Shown here: in pieces, positions 10,920 to 20,744 of the stretch
How positions within the stretch are numbered: position 1 is the first letter of the stretch
How the letters are laid out: the number at the start of each line of letters is the position of its first letter
Assembly (NCBI GenBank): GCA_021648085.1
Contig: JAKITS010000001.1
Span: forward strand, 746,759-810,758
From: Candidatus Magasanikiibacteriota bacterium
GTDB lineage: Bacteria; Patescibacteriota; Patescibacteriia; Magasanikbacterales; UBA922
Direction of reading: 5' to 3'
Length of the DNA: 64,000 nucleotides
Notes under the pieces: generated by a model
Seen by the model: the letters and a program-made list of their open reading frames with translations, nothing else
Told to the model about the DNA's origin: nothing
Databases searched by the model: none
Translations under genes and position numbers: made by a program

Positions 10920-11228
10920 TTAAACCGCATCCTTGTTTTCCCAATCCTCATTTCTCTTAATATAAAACAACTCACTAGCAGGATATCTATCTTCTAAATA
11001 TTTATCCAATTTATCTTGCTCTTCTATAGAAAGTGTCTTATATAATTTTTTAAACTCCTCTTTTGCTATCACAGATTTATTCCAACCAATAGAAACTTCT
11101 TCAGACATAATTTCAGAAGTCCAAACTTTGACAGCTTCAACATAGTCTTTTAAAAACCCTAACATTTGTTCATTAGTTACTTTGTTTTGTTCAGGATTAT
11201 TTAATCCTGTTTCATAATTATTATTCAT
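10920..11228 (-). CDS. Hypothetical protein
   Basis: 102-aa ATG ORF followed by a terminator-like hairpin. Confidence 0.6.
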   Translation of the reverse strand: MNNNYETGLNNPEQNKVTNEQMLGFLKDYVEAVKVWTSEIMSEEVSIGWNKSVIAKEEFKKLYKTLSIEEQDKLDKYLEDRYPASELFYIKRNEDWENKDAV

Positions 11229-11432
11229 AAAATTATTATTTTTTATAACGCTTAAAATGAAAACGGAATTAAATTGTAAAAAGAACTATTTAAAAATTTA
11301 AGAAAAAACTTTTTTTGTTGCCTTAACTCAAGGTTAAGATGTTTGAGAAAAAATGTTTATAATTAAATTTTAAGGATTACGAACCGAAATGAAATGAATT
11401 GTGAAGCATGAAAACTAACTTTGAATTGTATT

Positions 11433-11504
11433 TAGACTCACTACATAATTGTTTGTAGCCAATTTTATAAAACATTGGCTAAAATGAATTATGTAGTGAG
11501 CCTA
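11433..11504. repeat. Short inverted-repeat element
   Basis: tagactcactacataatt ... aattatgtagtgagccta (17/18 match). Confidence 0.65.
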
Positions 11505-11542
11505 CTCTAAAAATCTAAGGAAACTAACTTATACAACCAAAC

Positions 11543-11665
11543 TTACGCTACGGAACTACGAGGTAGAAATAAAAAAACAGCAACTGAAACTAACAGGGCT
11601 GCCGTAAGATAATAGTAAACTACAGTAAAATTTTCTGAGCTAATTAGCTCTTGTTTATTTTGCAT
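11543..11665 (-). CDS. Putative 40-aa single-pass membrane protein (not in the ORF track)
   Basis: Manual translation MQNKQELISSENFTVVYYYLTAALLVSVAVFLFLPRSSVA*, downstream of a consensus promoter. Confidence 0.5.
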   Translation of the reverse strand: MQNKQELISSENFTVVYYYLTAALLVSVAVFLFLPRSSVA

Positions 11666-11769
11666 ATGGATTTTATTTTTATTTTTGTTTTTTTGCCGTA
11701 ATTACGGACTTGTTGTCTACTCTTGGTTAAGAGTTAATTTTGAAACTTCTTTATTTTTGAAGTTCCTTT

Positions 11770-11928
11770 TAGAACCTGTTCATAATATTTTTTTGAGTCA
11801 ATTTTATTATATTTTGAGCGAAAATTTTATAAAAAAGTGAAGGATAATGGTATTATATTAAACTTTTTTATAGGATTTGTAGCCAAAATAAAATGAATTG
11901 AACGAAAAAGGATTATGAACAGGTTCTA
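11770..11928. mobile_element. MITE-like long palindromic element (family E)
   Basis: Perfect 17-bp IR tagaacctgttcataat/attatgaacaggttcta; internal ttttgagcga...gtagccaaaat pairing. Confidence 0.65.
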
Positions 11929-11957
11929 TGTAGACATTGTTCGACCTTTATAAATAC

Positions 11958-12000
11958 AGTATATCACAAAATTGACCCTTTGTCAATGATGTCGTACAAT
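11958..12000. promoter_or_regulatory. Overlapping divergent sigma70 promoters
   Basis: Plus strand: TTGACC(11972)-17-TACAAT(11995). Minus strand: TTGACA(11986)-17-TATACT(11963) with a TG extension. Confidence 0.7.
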
Positions 12001-12026
12001 ATAATAAAGTCCCCTAACAAAGATAT

Positions 12027-12998
12027 ATGAGCAAAAATTTATTAGAGTTCCTACAAGAATTCCTTGAGCACTTAGAGATAGAAAAAAATCGTAGTCCAAA
12101 AACACTACAAAATTATGAGTTTTATGTAAACCGTTTTATAGAATGGTTTGGCGACAAAAAACCAGAAAAAATTAATTTAGAAGAAGTTAGAAAATATAGA
12201 ATTTGGCTAAACCGATTGGAAGATGTTCATGGCGACCCTCTCAAGAATAATACACAAAATTATCACCTTATTGCTTTGCGCTCATTTTTGAAATACTTGG
12301 CAAAACGAGATGTAAAAACGCTTACGCCAGAAAAAATTGAACTAATGAAAATGCCAGACCGTGATATAACTTTTCTAGAAGCATCGGATTTGAATAGAAT
12401 TTTGGAAGCACCAGAAAAACATTTAAAAACTCAGCAAACAAAAAACCCAAAAGTCTCCAGAACAACCAAGCTTATCGCCTATCGCGACAAATCTATTTTG
12501 GAAATGTTGTTTAGCACAGGACTTCGCGTCTCTGAATTGGCAAAATTAAAAAAAGAAAATGTAAATGTAAAACGCGATGAATTTACTGTAAAAGGAAAAG
12601 GTCAAAAATCTAGAATTGTATTTTTATCCGAACAAGCAAAACATTGGGTAAAAAAATATATCGCTGAACGCAATGATATGAATCCTTATTTATTTATCTC
12701 TCACAATCCAAATAAAACTGGTGAAAAAATAGAACACGCACCAATCACACCACGCTCTATTCAGAGACTAACAGAAAAATACGGAAAACTAGCAGGAATT
12801 ACAAAACAAGTGACACCGCACACACTTCGCCATTCTTACGCCACAGACCTACTCCGCAACGGCGCAGATATACGAAGCGTACAAATAATGCTGGGCCACA
12901 CCTCTATCACAACTACGCAAATTTATACTCATATTTCTGACAGAGAGTTGAAATCTGTTTATAAAAAGTTTCATAATAAAGATAAAGAAAGCGGATAA
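12027..12998 (+). CDS. XerC/XerD-like tyrosine recombinase
   Basis: RD..ILEMLFSTGLRVSEL, KGKGQKSR, TPHTLRHSYATDLL and LGH.SITTTQIYTH catalytic motifs. Confidence 0.93.
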   Translation: MSKNLLEFLQEFLEHLEIEKNRSPKTLQNYEFYVNRFIEWFGDKKPEKINLEEVRKYRIWLNRLEDVHGDPLKNNTQNYHLIALRSFLKYLAKRDVKTLTPEKIELMKMPDRDITFLEASDLNRILEAPEKHLKTQQTKNPKVSRTTKLIAYRDKSILEMLFSTGLRVSELAKLKKENVNVKRDEFTVKGKGQKSRIVFLSEQAKHWVKKYIAERNDMNPYLFISHNPNKTGEKIEHAPITPRSIQRLTEKYGKLAGITKQVTPHTLRHSYATDLLRNGADIRSVQIMLGHTSITTTQIYTHISDRELKSVYKKFHNKDKESG

Positions 12999-13180
12999 AT
13001 CGCTGTATCGTCCACTTTGTTCGCTTGGATTATAATAGGAACAGAGAAAATATAATACAAATTATAAAACCCCAAACGATAAATCGTCTGGGGTTTGTTT
13101 TTTAAAGAGGAGTAATCCCTCTCCAAAAGAAAAATATTTTGTTTATCCTTTGGAGAGGGATCCAATATTACTTACAAACA

Positions 13181-13317
13181 AGGGCTGTTTCCAAACACAT
13201 TTTTAATTGAACTAACTTAACAAAATTAAAGAAAAAAAGTTGTATTAAATTATCGGAAAATCTTTTCTTTATATTGTTTTTACGAATTTTTAAAAAATAG
13301 TGTTTGGAAACAGTCCT
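13181..13317. mobile_element. MITE-like palindromic element (diverged family E)
   Basis: agggctgtttccaaacac ... gtgtttggaaacagtcct (17/18); internal aaagaaaa/ttttcttt stem. Confidence 0.6.
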
Positions 13318-13761
13318 GCAAGTTTATCAAAAAAATAAATTCTTTCAATAAACAAATATGGGCTTACCTTTTAACAACATCAAAAGTGCAAGAAATTCCA
13401 TATGTAGTTAATTTTAGAAAACTCCTCCCAACTTTAGTTACAATTTTTTGTAAATAAAGTTGGGGTGAGTTGAAGCCTCTGATGAACCTCAAACTTAAAT
13501 AAGTTAGAAATTCATTTGAGGTCAAGAGTCACGGCAACTACTAGCATATTTTTTACCAACCTCTTTCCCTCCAAAGTTTATAAAGGGATTTAATTTCTCT
13601 CTTGCAAACCTAAACTTACGAAAAAAGTGGTTTTTGAAAAAAACACGCTGTTTTTAACTTTTTTAGCTAAATTTAGCCAAAAACAGTCTTTTTTATCATT
13701 TTTAGGAACATTTGTGAAACAATTCTGTTTCAAACCTAACTTTCTAATTATTTAATAAATA

Positions 13762-13790
13762 AGTATACCACAAAAAAGTCCTTTTGTCAA
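13762..13790 (-). promoter_or_regulatory. Consensus sigma70 promoter with no long ORF downstream
   Basis: TTGACA-17-TATACT with a TG extension on the minus strand. Confidence 0.7.
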
Positions 13791-13881
13791 GGATTTTAGG
13801 TGTTAGACTAAGTATATAAAGTAAAAAATTAGAAAATTTTATAACAAAAAAACACCTTATTAAAATGTTTGACTAAAAACT

Positions 13882-14158
13882 CTATCATTTCGAATCCAAG
13901 AATATGAATGAGAAATTGCTTAAATGTTGTAATTAAATATATTTAGTGTTTTAAAAATGTTTAAAGGGTTCCCGTCTGCCGGCGTGCCGGCCTCACTATC
14001 GTTCGAAGTGCCGGGAAAAGACGTTTAATTTGTCAGTTTTATGCTTTGGTGAACCAAATTAGGGAACCCGTGCCGGCAGGCAAATATCCCTGTGCAGTAT
14101 CACTATTTATAATCTATTCCACTTTCACAAAATCCCTCTTTGACGCTCGGGATGACAT
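13882..14158. repeat. Degenerate REP doublets (family D and B-like) carrying GC-rich micro-insertions
   Basis: tcatttcgaatcc...aaatgtttaaag, homologous to 57421-57549; gctcgggatgaca at about 14145. Confidence 0.6.
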
Positions 14159-14211
14159 GTATTTTTTGTATCATGTTATCTACATCATGTATTTTGTATT
14201 TGTTTGTCATA

Positions 14212-15873
14212 CTATTCTTCTATAAAAACAATAACTTTTTGACCCTCTTTCAACCCACTTACTATTTCTATACTTCCATCTACTCCACGAATTCCTGTTT
14301 CTACTGCAACCTCCACGATCATTTCTCCTTGCAAAACACGGACATATTTATCTCCACTTCTCCTAATCACAGCTCTTTGTGGAATTGCGATTACATTTTC
14401 TTTCGTTTTGTTTACAATGTCAATATTTGCCGTCATTCCAGAACGAATTCTTTCATCTTCTTCTATAAAATCAAATGTTGTTCTGTATGTTGCCACACCT
14501 TCAAACACGGTTTCTGCAGGATCTATAAAAGAAACAATAGCATCAAAATGTGCATCGTTTCCATAAGCGTCCAGTGTGACATTTGAAATATTTCCCAAAG
14601 CAACACTAGAAATATCTACTTCTGGGATATTGGCTTCAATTTCAAATTTTGTCTCAGAAATAAGTGTAATTATAGGACTGTTTGCTGTCACAATTTCACC
14701 TTTTTCTATTCCTACTTTTGTCACCAAACCTTTTATCGGAGAAATGATAATATCTTTTGTATATTGTGCTTGCAAATTTTGTATATTTGCTCGCGATGCG
14801 TTCACATTCGCTTTTTGAGCATTTATTTGTTCTATAGATGACCCAGATTTTTTTATATTTAAATTGTCTTTTTCTATCGCCAAAGTATTTTCTGCAGTAC
14901 TTATCGCCATTCGTGCAGTAAGTATAGAATTTGTATTTGTAGCTTTTTGAACTACTATAGACTGTTGCGCCAATGTAAGATTATAAATTTCAGTTGTCAC
15001 ACTTGTTTTTGCACTCTCTACAGATGATTTGTCTGAGGCAGAAAAAGAAGATGTCACTTTTATTTTTTCAACCGCTTTTAACACGTCTTGTAGTGCTGCA
15101 ATTGCTCGAACAGACGAATCTTCTATATCCACTCTATCTTGAGTATCTATTGCATTTTGAACTTCTCCATATGCTCCTCCGGTCAGTGGACTTATAAATT
15201 CAGAAAGCCAACCTCCAGCCGACGTACCAAGCAAACTTTGAAGTGCTTTGGATTGAAAATCTTCCAACTCCAAAACAACCAAATCATTGGAAGACCCATA
15301 ATATGTTGATTGGATATTTGCTATAAAAACTATAGCATTTTTACCAACTCCTACAGCTTTTTGTGCTGTCACCAGTGTTGTAATATAAGAATTATCTAAA
15401 TCAGTTTCAGCTTTTGATTTTACATTTTCCAAATTTTTCCTAGCTTCCAATAAATTTTTATTTGCATTAAATACTTTTGTTTCTGCCAATTGAATTTCTT
15501 CTGGTCTTGTTCCTCTTTCCAACTCAGCAAGTCTTGCCAACTCTGCCTGCAAATTTGCATTTGCTTGAGCAATCTGTGCTGACAAAATAGGATTAGACAC
15601 TCTTGCAAGTACTTGCCCCAAATAAACATCATCTCCAACTTCTACGTTTACTGCCCCAATTTTACCAGATTTTTCAAAAGCCAATTCCACTTGATTGCTA
15701 GAAATTACTTTTCCTGTTACACTTACATCTTGAGAAATGTCTGATTTTTCTGCAACAACAAATCTATAAGGTAAAATCTCTTCTTTGCTTAAAGAGTAAG
15801 CAGTCATAATTGAACCTAAAATAATAATAATTCCAAAAATTATCAAAGGAATTTTGAATTTTCCTAGTTTCAT
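14212..15873 (-). CDS. Efflux RND/ABC periplasmic adaptor (HlyD/MacA-like membrane fusion protein)
   Basis: N-terminal TM, SGKIGAVNVEVGD.V..GQVLA lipoyl half-motif, long coiled coil, SPIKGLVT, IRSGMTANIDI and GLKEGQKV. Confidence 0.9.
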   Translation of the reverse strand: MKLGKFKIPLIIFGIIIILGSIMTAYSLSKEEILPYRFVVAEKSDISQDVSVTGKVISSNQVELAFEKSGKIGAVNVEVGDDVYLGQVLARVSNPILSAQIAQANANLQAELARLAELERGTRPEEIQLAETKVFNANKNLLEARKNLENVKSKAETDLDNSYITTLVTAQKAVGVGKNAIVFIANIQSTYYGSSNDLVVLELEDFQSKALQSLLGTSAGGWLSEFISPLTGGAYGEVQNAIDTQDRVDIEDSSVRAIAALQDVLKAVEKIKVTSSFSASDKSSVESAKTSVTTEIYNLTLAQQSIVVQKATNTNSILTARMAISTAENTLAIEKDNLNIKKSGSSIEQINAQKANVNASRANIQNLQAQYTKDIIISPIKGLVTKVGIEKGEIVTANSPIITLISETKFEIEANIPEVDISSVALGNISNVTLDAYGNDAHFDAIVSFIDPAETVFEGVATYRTTFDFIEEDERIRSGMTANIDIVNKTKENVIAIPQRAVIRRSGDKYVRVLQGEMIVEVAVETGIRGVDGSIEIVSGLKEGQKVIVFIEE

Positions 15874-15950
15874 AAATGTTTTATTAAGTTAGTTTACATC
15901 ATACCATAAAAAATATAAAATATGATACAAAAAAATAAAAACTTCTAATT

Positions 15951-16040
15951 TGTCATTCTCAGCTTGACTGGGAATCCAGAAGTTTAAATAACCAGAATGT
16001 TGACACAAATCCTGGATCCTCAATCAAGTTGAGGATGACA
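15951..16040. repeat. Family C REP doublet
   Basis: tgtcattctcagcttgactgggaatccag ... ctggatcctcaatcaagttgaggatgaca. Confidence 0.8.
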
Positions 16041-16117
16041 ATTAAAATGAAGAAGGACAAAAAATTATTATTTTTTATAATTATTTTTTTAAAAAAATAC
16101 AAAAATTTTCATTTTCA

Positions 16118-16146
16118 TTGACAAAAAGCTAAAAATAAGCTATTAT
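16118..16146 (+). promoter_or_regulatory. tRNA-Arg promoter
   Basis: TTGACA-17-TATTAT. Confidence 0.7.
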
Positions 16147-16181
16147 TTCCTATGAATACAACTGTAAAAAAGTTGTCTCAT

Positions 16182-16253
16182 GCCCTTATAGTTCAACGGA
16201 TAGAACATCGGCCTTCTAAGCCGAGGATGTAGGTTCGATTCCTGCTGGGGGTA
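16182..16253 (+). tRNA. tRNA-Arg(UCU)
   Basis: Cloverleaf; anticodon arm tcggc-cttctaa-gccga; T-loop GGTTCGATTCC; CCA not encoded. Confidence 0.95.
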
Positions 16254-16258
16254 CTGGG

Positions 16259-16414
16259 GACTATTTTCAAATACCATTTCTATTAAAATTTCTAAATTCC
16301 GCCTACGACTTCAAGAAAATAGTTAGATTATGCTATGGCATAAGCGAAAAATTTTCTTTTTGTCTCGGCAGAAATTTAAAAACTTTAATAACGAAAGCGT
16401 ATTTAAAAACAGAC
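16259..16414. mobile_element. Family E long palindromic element
   Basis: Its reverse complement aligns over its length with 55979-56130. Confidence 0.7.
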
Positions 16415-16471
16415 TTAATGATCTATTTTTAAATATTCTATTTCAAAAAAAATTATTCATAACATATTTAT

Positions 16472-17254
16472 ATGTACACAGTACTTATACTAGTTCTAGT
16501 TATCGTATTAGTGAGTATTCGCCAAATCAACGAATACCAAAGAGGAGTTAAATTTCAACTTGGTAAATTTACAAAAGTTTTAAATCCAGGTTGGAACTTG
16601 ATAATTCCTATTTTCCAAAGCATGACAAAAGTGGATATTCGTATCCGCACAGCAGATGTGCCTTTTCAAGAAGCAATTACAAAAGATAATGTTTCTGCGA
16701 AAATTAACGCTGTAATTTATTACAAAGTATCAGATCCCGCAAAAGCTATTCTTGAGATTGAAAACTTCAAATTTGCAGTGAGCCAGCTAGCTCAAACTAC
16801 AATGAGGAACATTGTTGGTGAAATGGAACTAGATGAGTTGCTTGCAAACAGAGAAATTGCTGCAAAAAGTATTAAAGAAATCGTCGACAAAGCTTCTGAC
16901 CCTTGGGGAATTGAAGTTGAGTCAGTAGAATTAAAAGATATTATTTTGGCAGATGACATGCAAAGAGTAATTGCAAAGCAGGCCGAAGCTGAGCGTGAAA
17001 AGAGAGCTGTAATCATCAAATCTACTGGTGAGGTGATGGCAGCAGAAAACTTGGCAACAGCAGCAAAAATGTTGGCTGTGACTCCAGGAGCATTACACTT
17101 AAGAACTTTAAACACTTTGAACGACTTAAGTTCAGATCAATCAAACACAGTTATCTTTGCACTTCCACTAGAAGTACTTAGAGCTTTCGAAAGAGTTGGA
17201 ACAGATCCAAAAGAAATTAAAGATGCAATTGAAAAAGTAGGAAAATTACTTTAA
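16472..17254 (+). CDS. SPFH/band-7 (slipin, QmcA-like) membrane protein
   Basis: EYQRGVKF.LG, TKDNV, LAQTTMR..VG, WGIEVESVELKDI and QAEAEREKRA. Confidence 0.93.
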   Translation: MYTVLILVLVIVLVSIRQINEYQRGVKFQLGKFTKVLNPGWNLIIPIFQSMTKVDIRIRTADVPFQEAITKDNVSAKINAVIYYKVSDPAKAILEIENFKFAVSQLAQTTMRNIVGEMELDELLANREIAAKSIKEIVDKASDPWGIEVESVELKDIILADDMQRVIAKQAEAEREKRAVIIKSTGEVMAAENLATAAKMLAVTPGALHLRTLNTLNDLSSDQSNTVIFALPLEVLRAFERVGTDPKEIKDAIEKVGKLL

Positions 17255-17269
17255 AGTAAAATCCAAAAA

Positions 17270-17304
17270 ATAAAAAACTCGCAAAAATGCGAGTTTTTTA
17301 TTTT
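17270..17304. terminator. Bidirectional terminator
   Basis: aaaaactcgcaaaaatgcgagttttt between convergent genes. Confidence 0.7.
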
Positions 17305-17333
17305 AGGGTCGCCTACTGAAGGAAGTTAGAATT

Positions 17334-18468
17334 TTAATTATTCAAAAACAAATCAATATATTTTTTATAACTATAACTTTTATCATAAATTTCATTTTCA
17401 TCTAATAGTTGTAAGATACCAAGATCTATAAATCTATATATAACCCTATCAGCACCCGAACGAGTATAGCCAGTCCATTCCATTATAATTTTAGACGATA
17501 TAATTGGCTGTCCATACAACTTTTTTAAAACCTTTACACCACTTTCTGATTCTCGCTTACCCAAAGATCTTAACTTACACATATCTTCTTCATATAATTC
17601 AGTAATATTTTTACATATATTAATAGATTTATTACTAATTTCTATAATACCATCCAAAAAAAAGTTAACCCATGCTTCAACTTCTCCTTCATGATAATTG
17701 TTCAGTTTTTGATAATATATTTTTTGATGTTTCTTAAAATAAGACGATAGAAATAAAACGGGCGATTCCAAAAGTCCCCTATTAATTAGCATCATTGTAA
17801 CAAGTAAACGACCCGTTCTTCCGTTTCCATCAAGAAATGGATGTATTGTTTCAAAATGTGCATGCATTAATGCAATATGAATTAAAGGTAGTGTCGCTTT
17901 TTTATTATGTAAAAATTCTTCAAAATCACCTAAAGCACGCCTCATATCTATTACTGGTGGAGGTACAAATGAAGCGTTAAGCGGATTTGTTCCTCCAATC
18001 CAATTTTGTGAAACACGAAAATCTCCCGGATTAGGATATTGTGTAAATCTTGCCCCAGTCATCAATTTTTTATGTAATTCTTTTATAAACCTTAATGAGA
18101 AAGGAAAATTCTTCAATCTATCAATTCCATATTTAAAAGCCTTTATATAATACAAAATATCATCAGCATCAGAATCATCAACTTCTAGTCCAACCTTTGC
18201 TCCCAAAGCTTCTGCCATCGTCGCCTTTGTTCCTTCTATTTGGGCAGACGATGTAGCATCTTTTGCAACAAACATATTAAGAAAAAAATCTGTGCTAGGC
18301 AACTTATGTGTTATTCCGTCTAATTTAGAAACTGAACCTCTTGCTTCATCTGCTTTTATCATTGTTTCCATTGAAAAAATTAAAAATATCCTTCACTGGA
18401 AAAGAATGTGGAATAAAAGCAGAAAAACCTTTTTTTTGCTTAACGTTTTTACCTATTTCGATATTCAT
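17334..18468 (-). pseudogene. Fic-domain protein with a +1 frameshift near the 5' end (intact frame 17334..18371)
   Basis: HPFLDGNGRTGR Fic motif and SAQIEG inhibitory motif. The upstream frame from ATG 18468 (MNIEIGKNVKQKKGFSAFIPHSFP) is 1 nt out of register at the A6 run 18374-18379. Confidence 0.75.
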
Positions 18469-18620
18469 AGTTAGTATACTTTAATTCTTTATACATATAC
18501 TATCTTAGTATTTAGTATATATTTTGTCGAGCAATGTATACTAAATATTTTTTCTTTAAAACTTAATAGTTCTTATTTTATATAAAAAACAGCCTTTTTC
18601 AAAGCTGTTTTTTGTTTTTG

Positions 18621-18693
18621 GGTGGTATTCGGGAATTGAACCCGAATTTTCGGCACCACAAGCCGAAGTAATAACCATTATACCAATACCACC
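18621..18693 (-). tRNA. tRNA-His(GUG)
   Basis: Anticodon loop ttgtggt closed by tcggc/gccga; encoded G-1; T-loop GGTTCAATTCC. Confidence 0.95.
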
Positions 18694-18725
18694 ATATAAT
18701 AGGCCTAGTCTCTATTTACGTAAAA

Positions 18726-18754
18726 ATTATACAACATTTTTAACTATAAGTCAA
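18726..18754 (-). promoter_or_regulatory. tRNA-His promoter
   Basis: TTGACT-17-TATAAT. Confidence 0.7.
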
Positions 18755-18809
18755 GACTATGTGTAAGAACTAAAATATTATACATATTAGTTTTGGTAGT
18801 TTTCTAAAA

Positions 18810-18972
18810 ACTTTGAATGTTTTTTGTTTTTGTAATACTTTCACGAGATCCTTCGGCTTCGCTCAGGATGACGTGTGAGTATTTTGCCATTCTCAGCTTG
18901 ACTGGGGCAAAGGTTTATATCATTGTTCATTGACTAAAGACTCCTGGATTCCCGGTCAAGCCGGGAATGACA
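18810..18972. repeat. REP B half-site plus a family C doublet
   Basis: cgagatccttcggcttcgctcaggatgacg and ctggattcccggtcaagccgggaatgaca. Confidence 0.85.
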
Positions 18973-19037
18973 ATATGAACAAGAACTTTATAAACTTTTA
19001 TTAAAAAAGCTGGCAGTTTTACACTGCCAGCTATATT

Positions 19038-19844
19038 TTAGATTTGCACAGAAAAACCGTGCATCATTTCATTATACATTCCAAAAGGAAACGGAATCGG
19101 GAAAGCCCAAATTTCTCTGGAGACAAAAACAAGCGTTGGTGGCTCCAATTTTCCCAACCATTCAGGTTCAAAATCTTGAGTAAAAGTAGTTAGACTTCCA
19201 GAGGTTGCACCTATAAACACCTCTGTAAGACTGTAATCTACCAAAATCCGAGCACACTTGAAATTCGGCTGAACTCCATATTTTAACGGAACATCTGGGT
19301 GTTCTGTATACACAAATTTTCCTCTAGAAATATGCTTGGCATAACCAAATTGAGCCGGTGAATCTTCTGGATAACACCAGATAAGCACTTCGCTCATACA
19401 TATTTCATCTTCAGAAAGAGGCTTCATTGGACAGGGATCCCAGTAGTTTTCACGCTCATCGCCATCCATATCCATATCACAAGTATCTCCAAAACCATCA
19501 CCATCTAAATCATCCTGTCCGGGATTATACTTACCTGAACAATTATCAAAAAATGCTGGAATTCCATCTTCATCTGCATCATGGCAAATATCTTCGATTT
19601 CATCGTTCCCAGATGGGCAGTCCACAACCCCATCACAAACAACATCTTCTGGCTTCCAATCTGTTTCGCCGTAAAAATCTCCACAATTGAAAAGTTTATA
19701 AATTTCTGCGGTAATATCACTTGAAGGATACTCCCTAAATTGTTCTGGAAGTTCCGGTCTTTCGGTTGCTAATTCTGGAAGTTCCAACTTGTCGCAACTA
19801 AATATTGCAATAAGTATCATAAATAAAACACCAAACCATTTCAT
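19038..19844 (-). CDS. Putative lipoprotein with an LDL-receptor-class-A-like motif and thrombospondin type-3 Ca-binding repeats
   Basis: SD AGGAG, then MKWFGVLFMILIAIFSC; CDGVVDCPSGNDE; DADEDGIPAFFDNC...NPGQDDLDGDGFGDTCD. Confidence 0.75.
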   Translation of the reverse strand: MKWFGVLFMILIAIFSCDKLELPELATERPELPEQFREYPSSDITAEIYKLFNCGDFYGETDWKPEDVVCDGVVDCPSGNDEIEDICHDADEDGIPAFFDNCSGKYNPGQDDLDGDGFGDTCDMDMDGDERENYWDPCPMKPLSEDEICMSEVLIWCYPEDSPAQFGYAKHISRGKFVYTEHPDVPLKYGVQPNFKCARILVDYSLTEVFIGATSGSLTTFTQDFEPEWLGKLEPPTLVFVSREIWAFPIPFPFGMYNEMMHGFSVQI

Positions 19845-19951
19845 TCTTCTCTCCTTTTTTGAATGAATAAATTTAAATGAACCATACATAAAAATAACAT
19901 ATTTTATTTATTTTGTCAATAAAAAAACTTAGGTTTTTAATCTAAGTTTTT

Positions 19952-20656
19952 TTACTCTCTAATTCCTACTTTTTCTACCACTTTTTCAAATTTCTTTTTT
20001 ATTTCCTCTATTTCCAATTCACTAAAACTATTATATTTTGAAAATTCTTCTTTTAAAATTTTTCTTGGTCTAAATTGTTGCAAATAAAAACTTTTTGAAC
20101 CTTTTAAAAGTTCCAGCATTTTTTTTACAACTTCTTCTGTGTGCAATTCTTTTACCATTGTTGTTCGGAATTCATAATCAACTCCACAATTTTTTATAAA
20201 ATCTATACTTTTTTGGACATCCTCTACATTTACCAAATTTCCTGATACATTTTTATATTCTTCCAAACTTGTTTTTATGTCCATCGCAATAAAATCCAAT
20301 AAATTTTTATCAACCAAATTTTTTAAATTATCAAATCTATTTCCATTTGTATCGAGCTTTACCAAAAATCCTTTTTCTTTTACTTTTACAATAAAGTTTT
20401 CTAAATCTGGCATTAAAGTAGGTTCGCCTCCAGAAATCACAACACCGTCTAACAAGCCAACGCGTTTATCCAAAAAATTAAAAAATATTTCTTCGGGAAT
20501 AAAACTATCTTTTATTTCTTTTATTTTTTCTGGCAACACAAACTCTGGGTTGTGGCAATAACCACACCGAAAATTGCAACCAGGCGTAAAAACTATACAA
20601 GAAGTTTTTCCAGGATAGTCAAGCAAAGTAAATTTTTGTACTGCGCTAATTAGCAT
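19952..20656 (-). CDS. nrdG: Anaerobic ribonucleotide reductase activating radical-SAM enzyme
   Basis: LDYPGK, GCNFRCGYCHNPE (CxxxCxxC), SGGEPT and KLDTNG; downstream of nrdD. Confidence 0.92.
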   Translation of the reverse strand: MLISAVQKFTLLDYPGKTSCIVFTPGCNFRCGYCHNPEFVLPEKIKEIKDSFIPEEIFFNFLDKRVGLLDGVVISGGEPTLMPDLENFIVKVKEKGFLVKLDTNGNRFDNLKNLVDKNLLDFIAMDIKTSLEEYKNVSGNLVNVEDVQKSIDFIKNCGVDYEFRTTMVKELHTEEVVKKMLELLKGSKSFYLQQFRPRKILKEEFSKYNSFSELEIEEIKKKFEKVVEKVGIRE

Positions 20657-20744
20657 AAAAGGAAATAATTAAGGATATGCCATTTTTATTCACACTATAT
20701 TGAACTTGATTGGTAATTTTATTTTGACTCAATGCTTATGTATT

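Noticed and set aside
11836-11863. dif-like site (ggataa-tggta-ttatattaaac) upstream of the Xer-like gene
   Set aside because: The central spacer is 5 bp rather than 6, and the site coincides with the apex of a family E palindrome; probably coincidental.
12027-12998. Integron integrase with REP or IR elements as attC cassettes
   Set aside because: The protein has an ordinary Xer length and motif spacing with no IntI-specific insertion, and the repeats lack RYYYAAC/GTTRRRY ends and flank core genes.
13000-13760. RNase P RNA, tmRNA or SRP RNA in the long intergenic regions
   Set aside because: I could not find their hallmark motifs (GAGGAAAGTCC, tRNA-like tmRNA ends, SRP helix 8) by eye; a covariance-model search is still needed.
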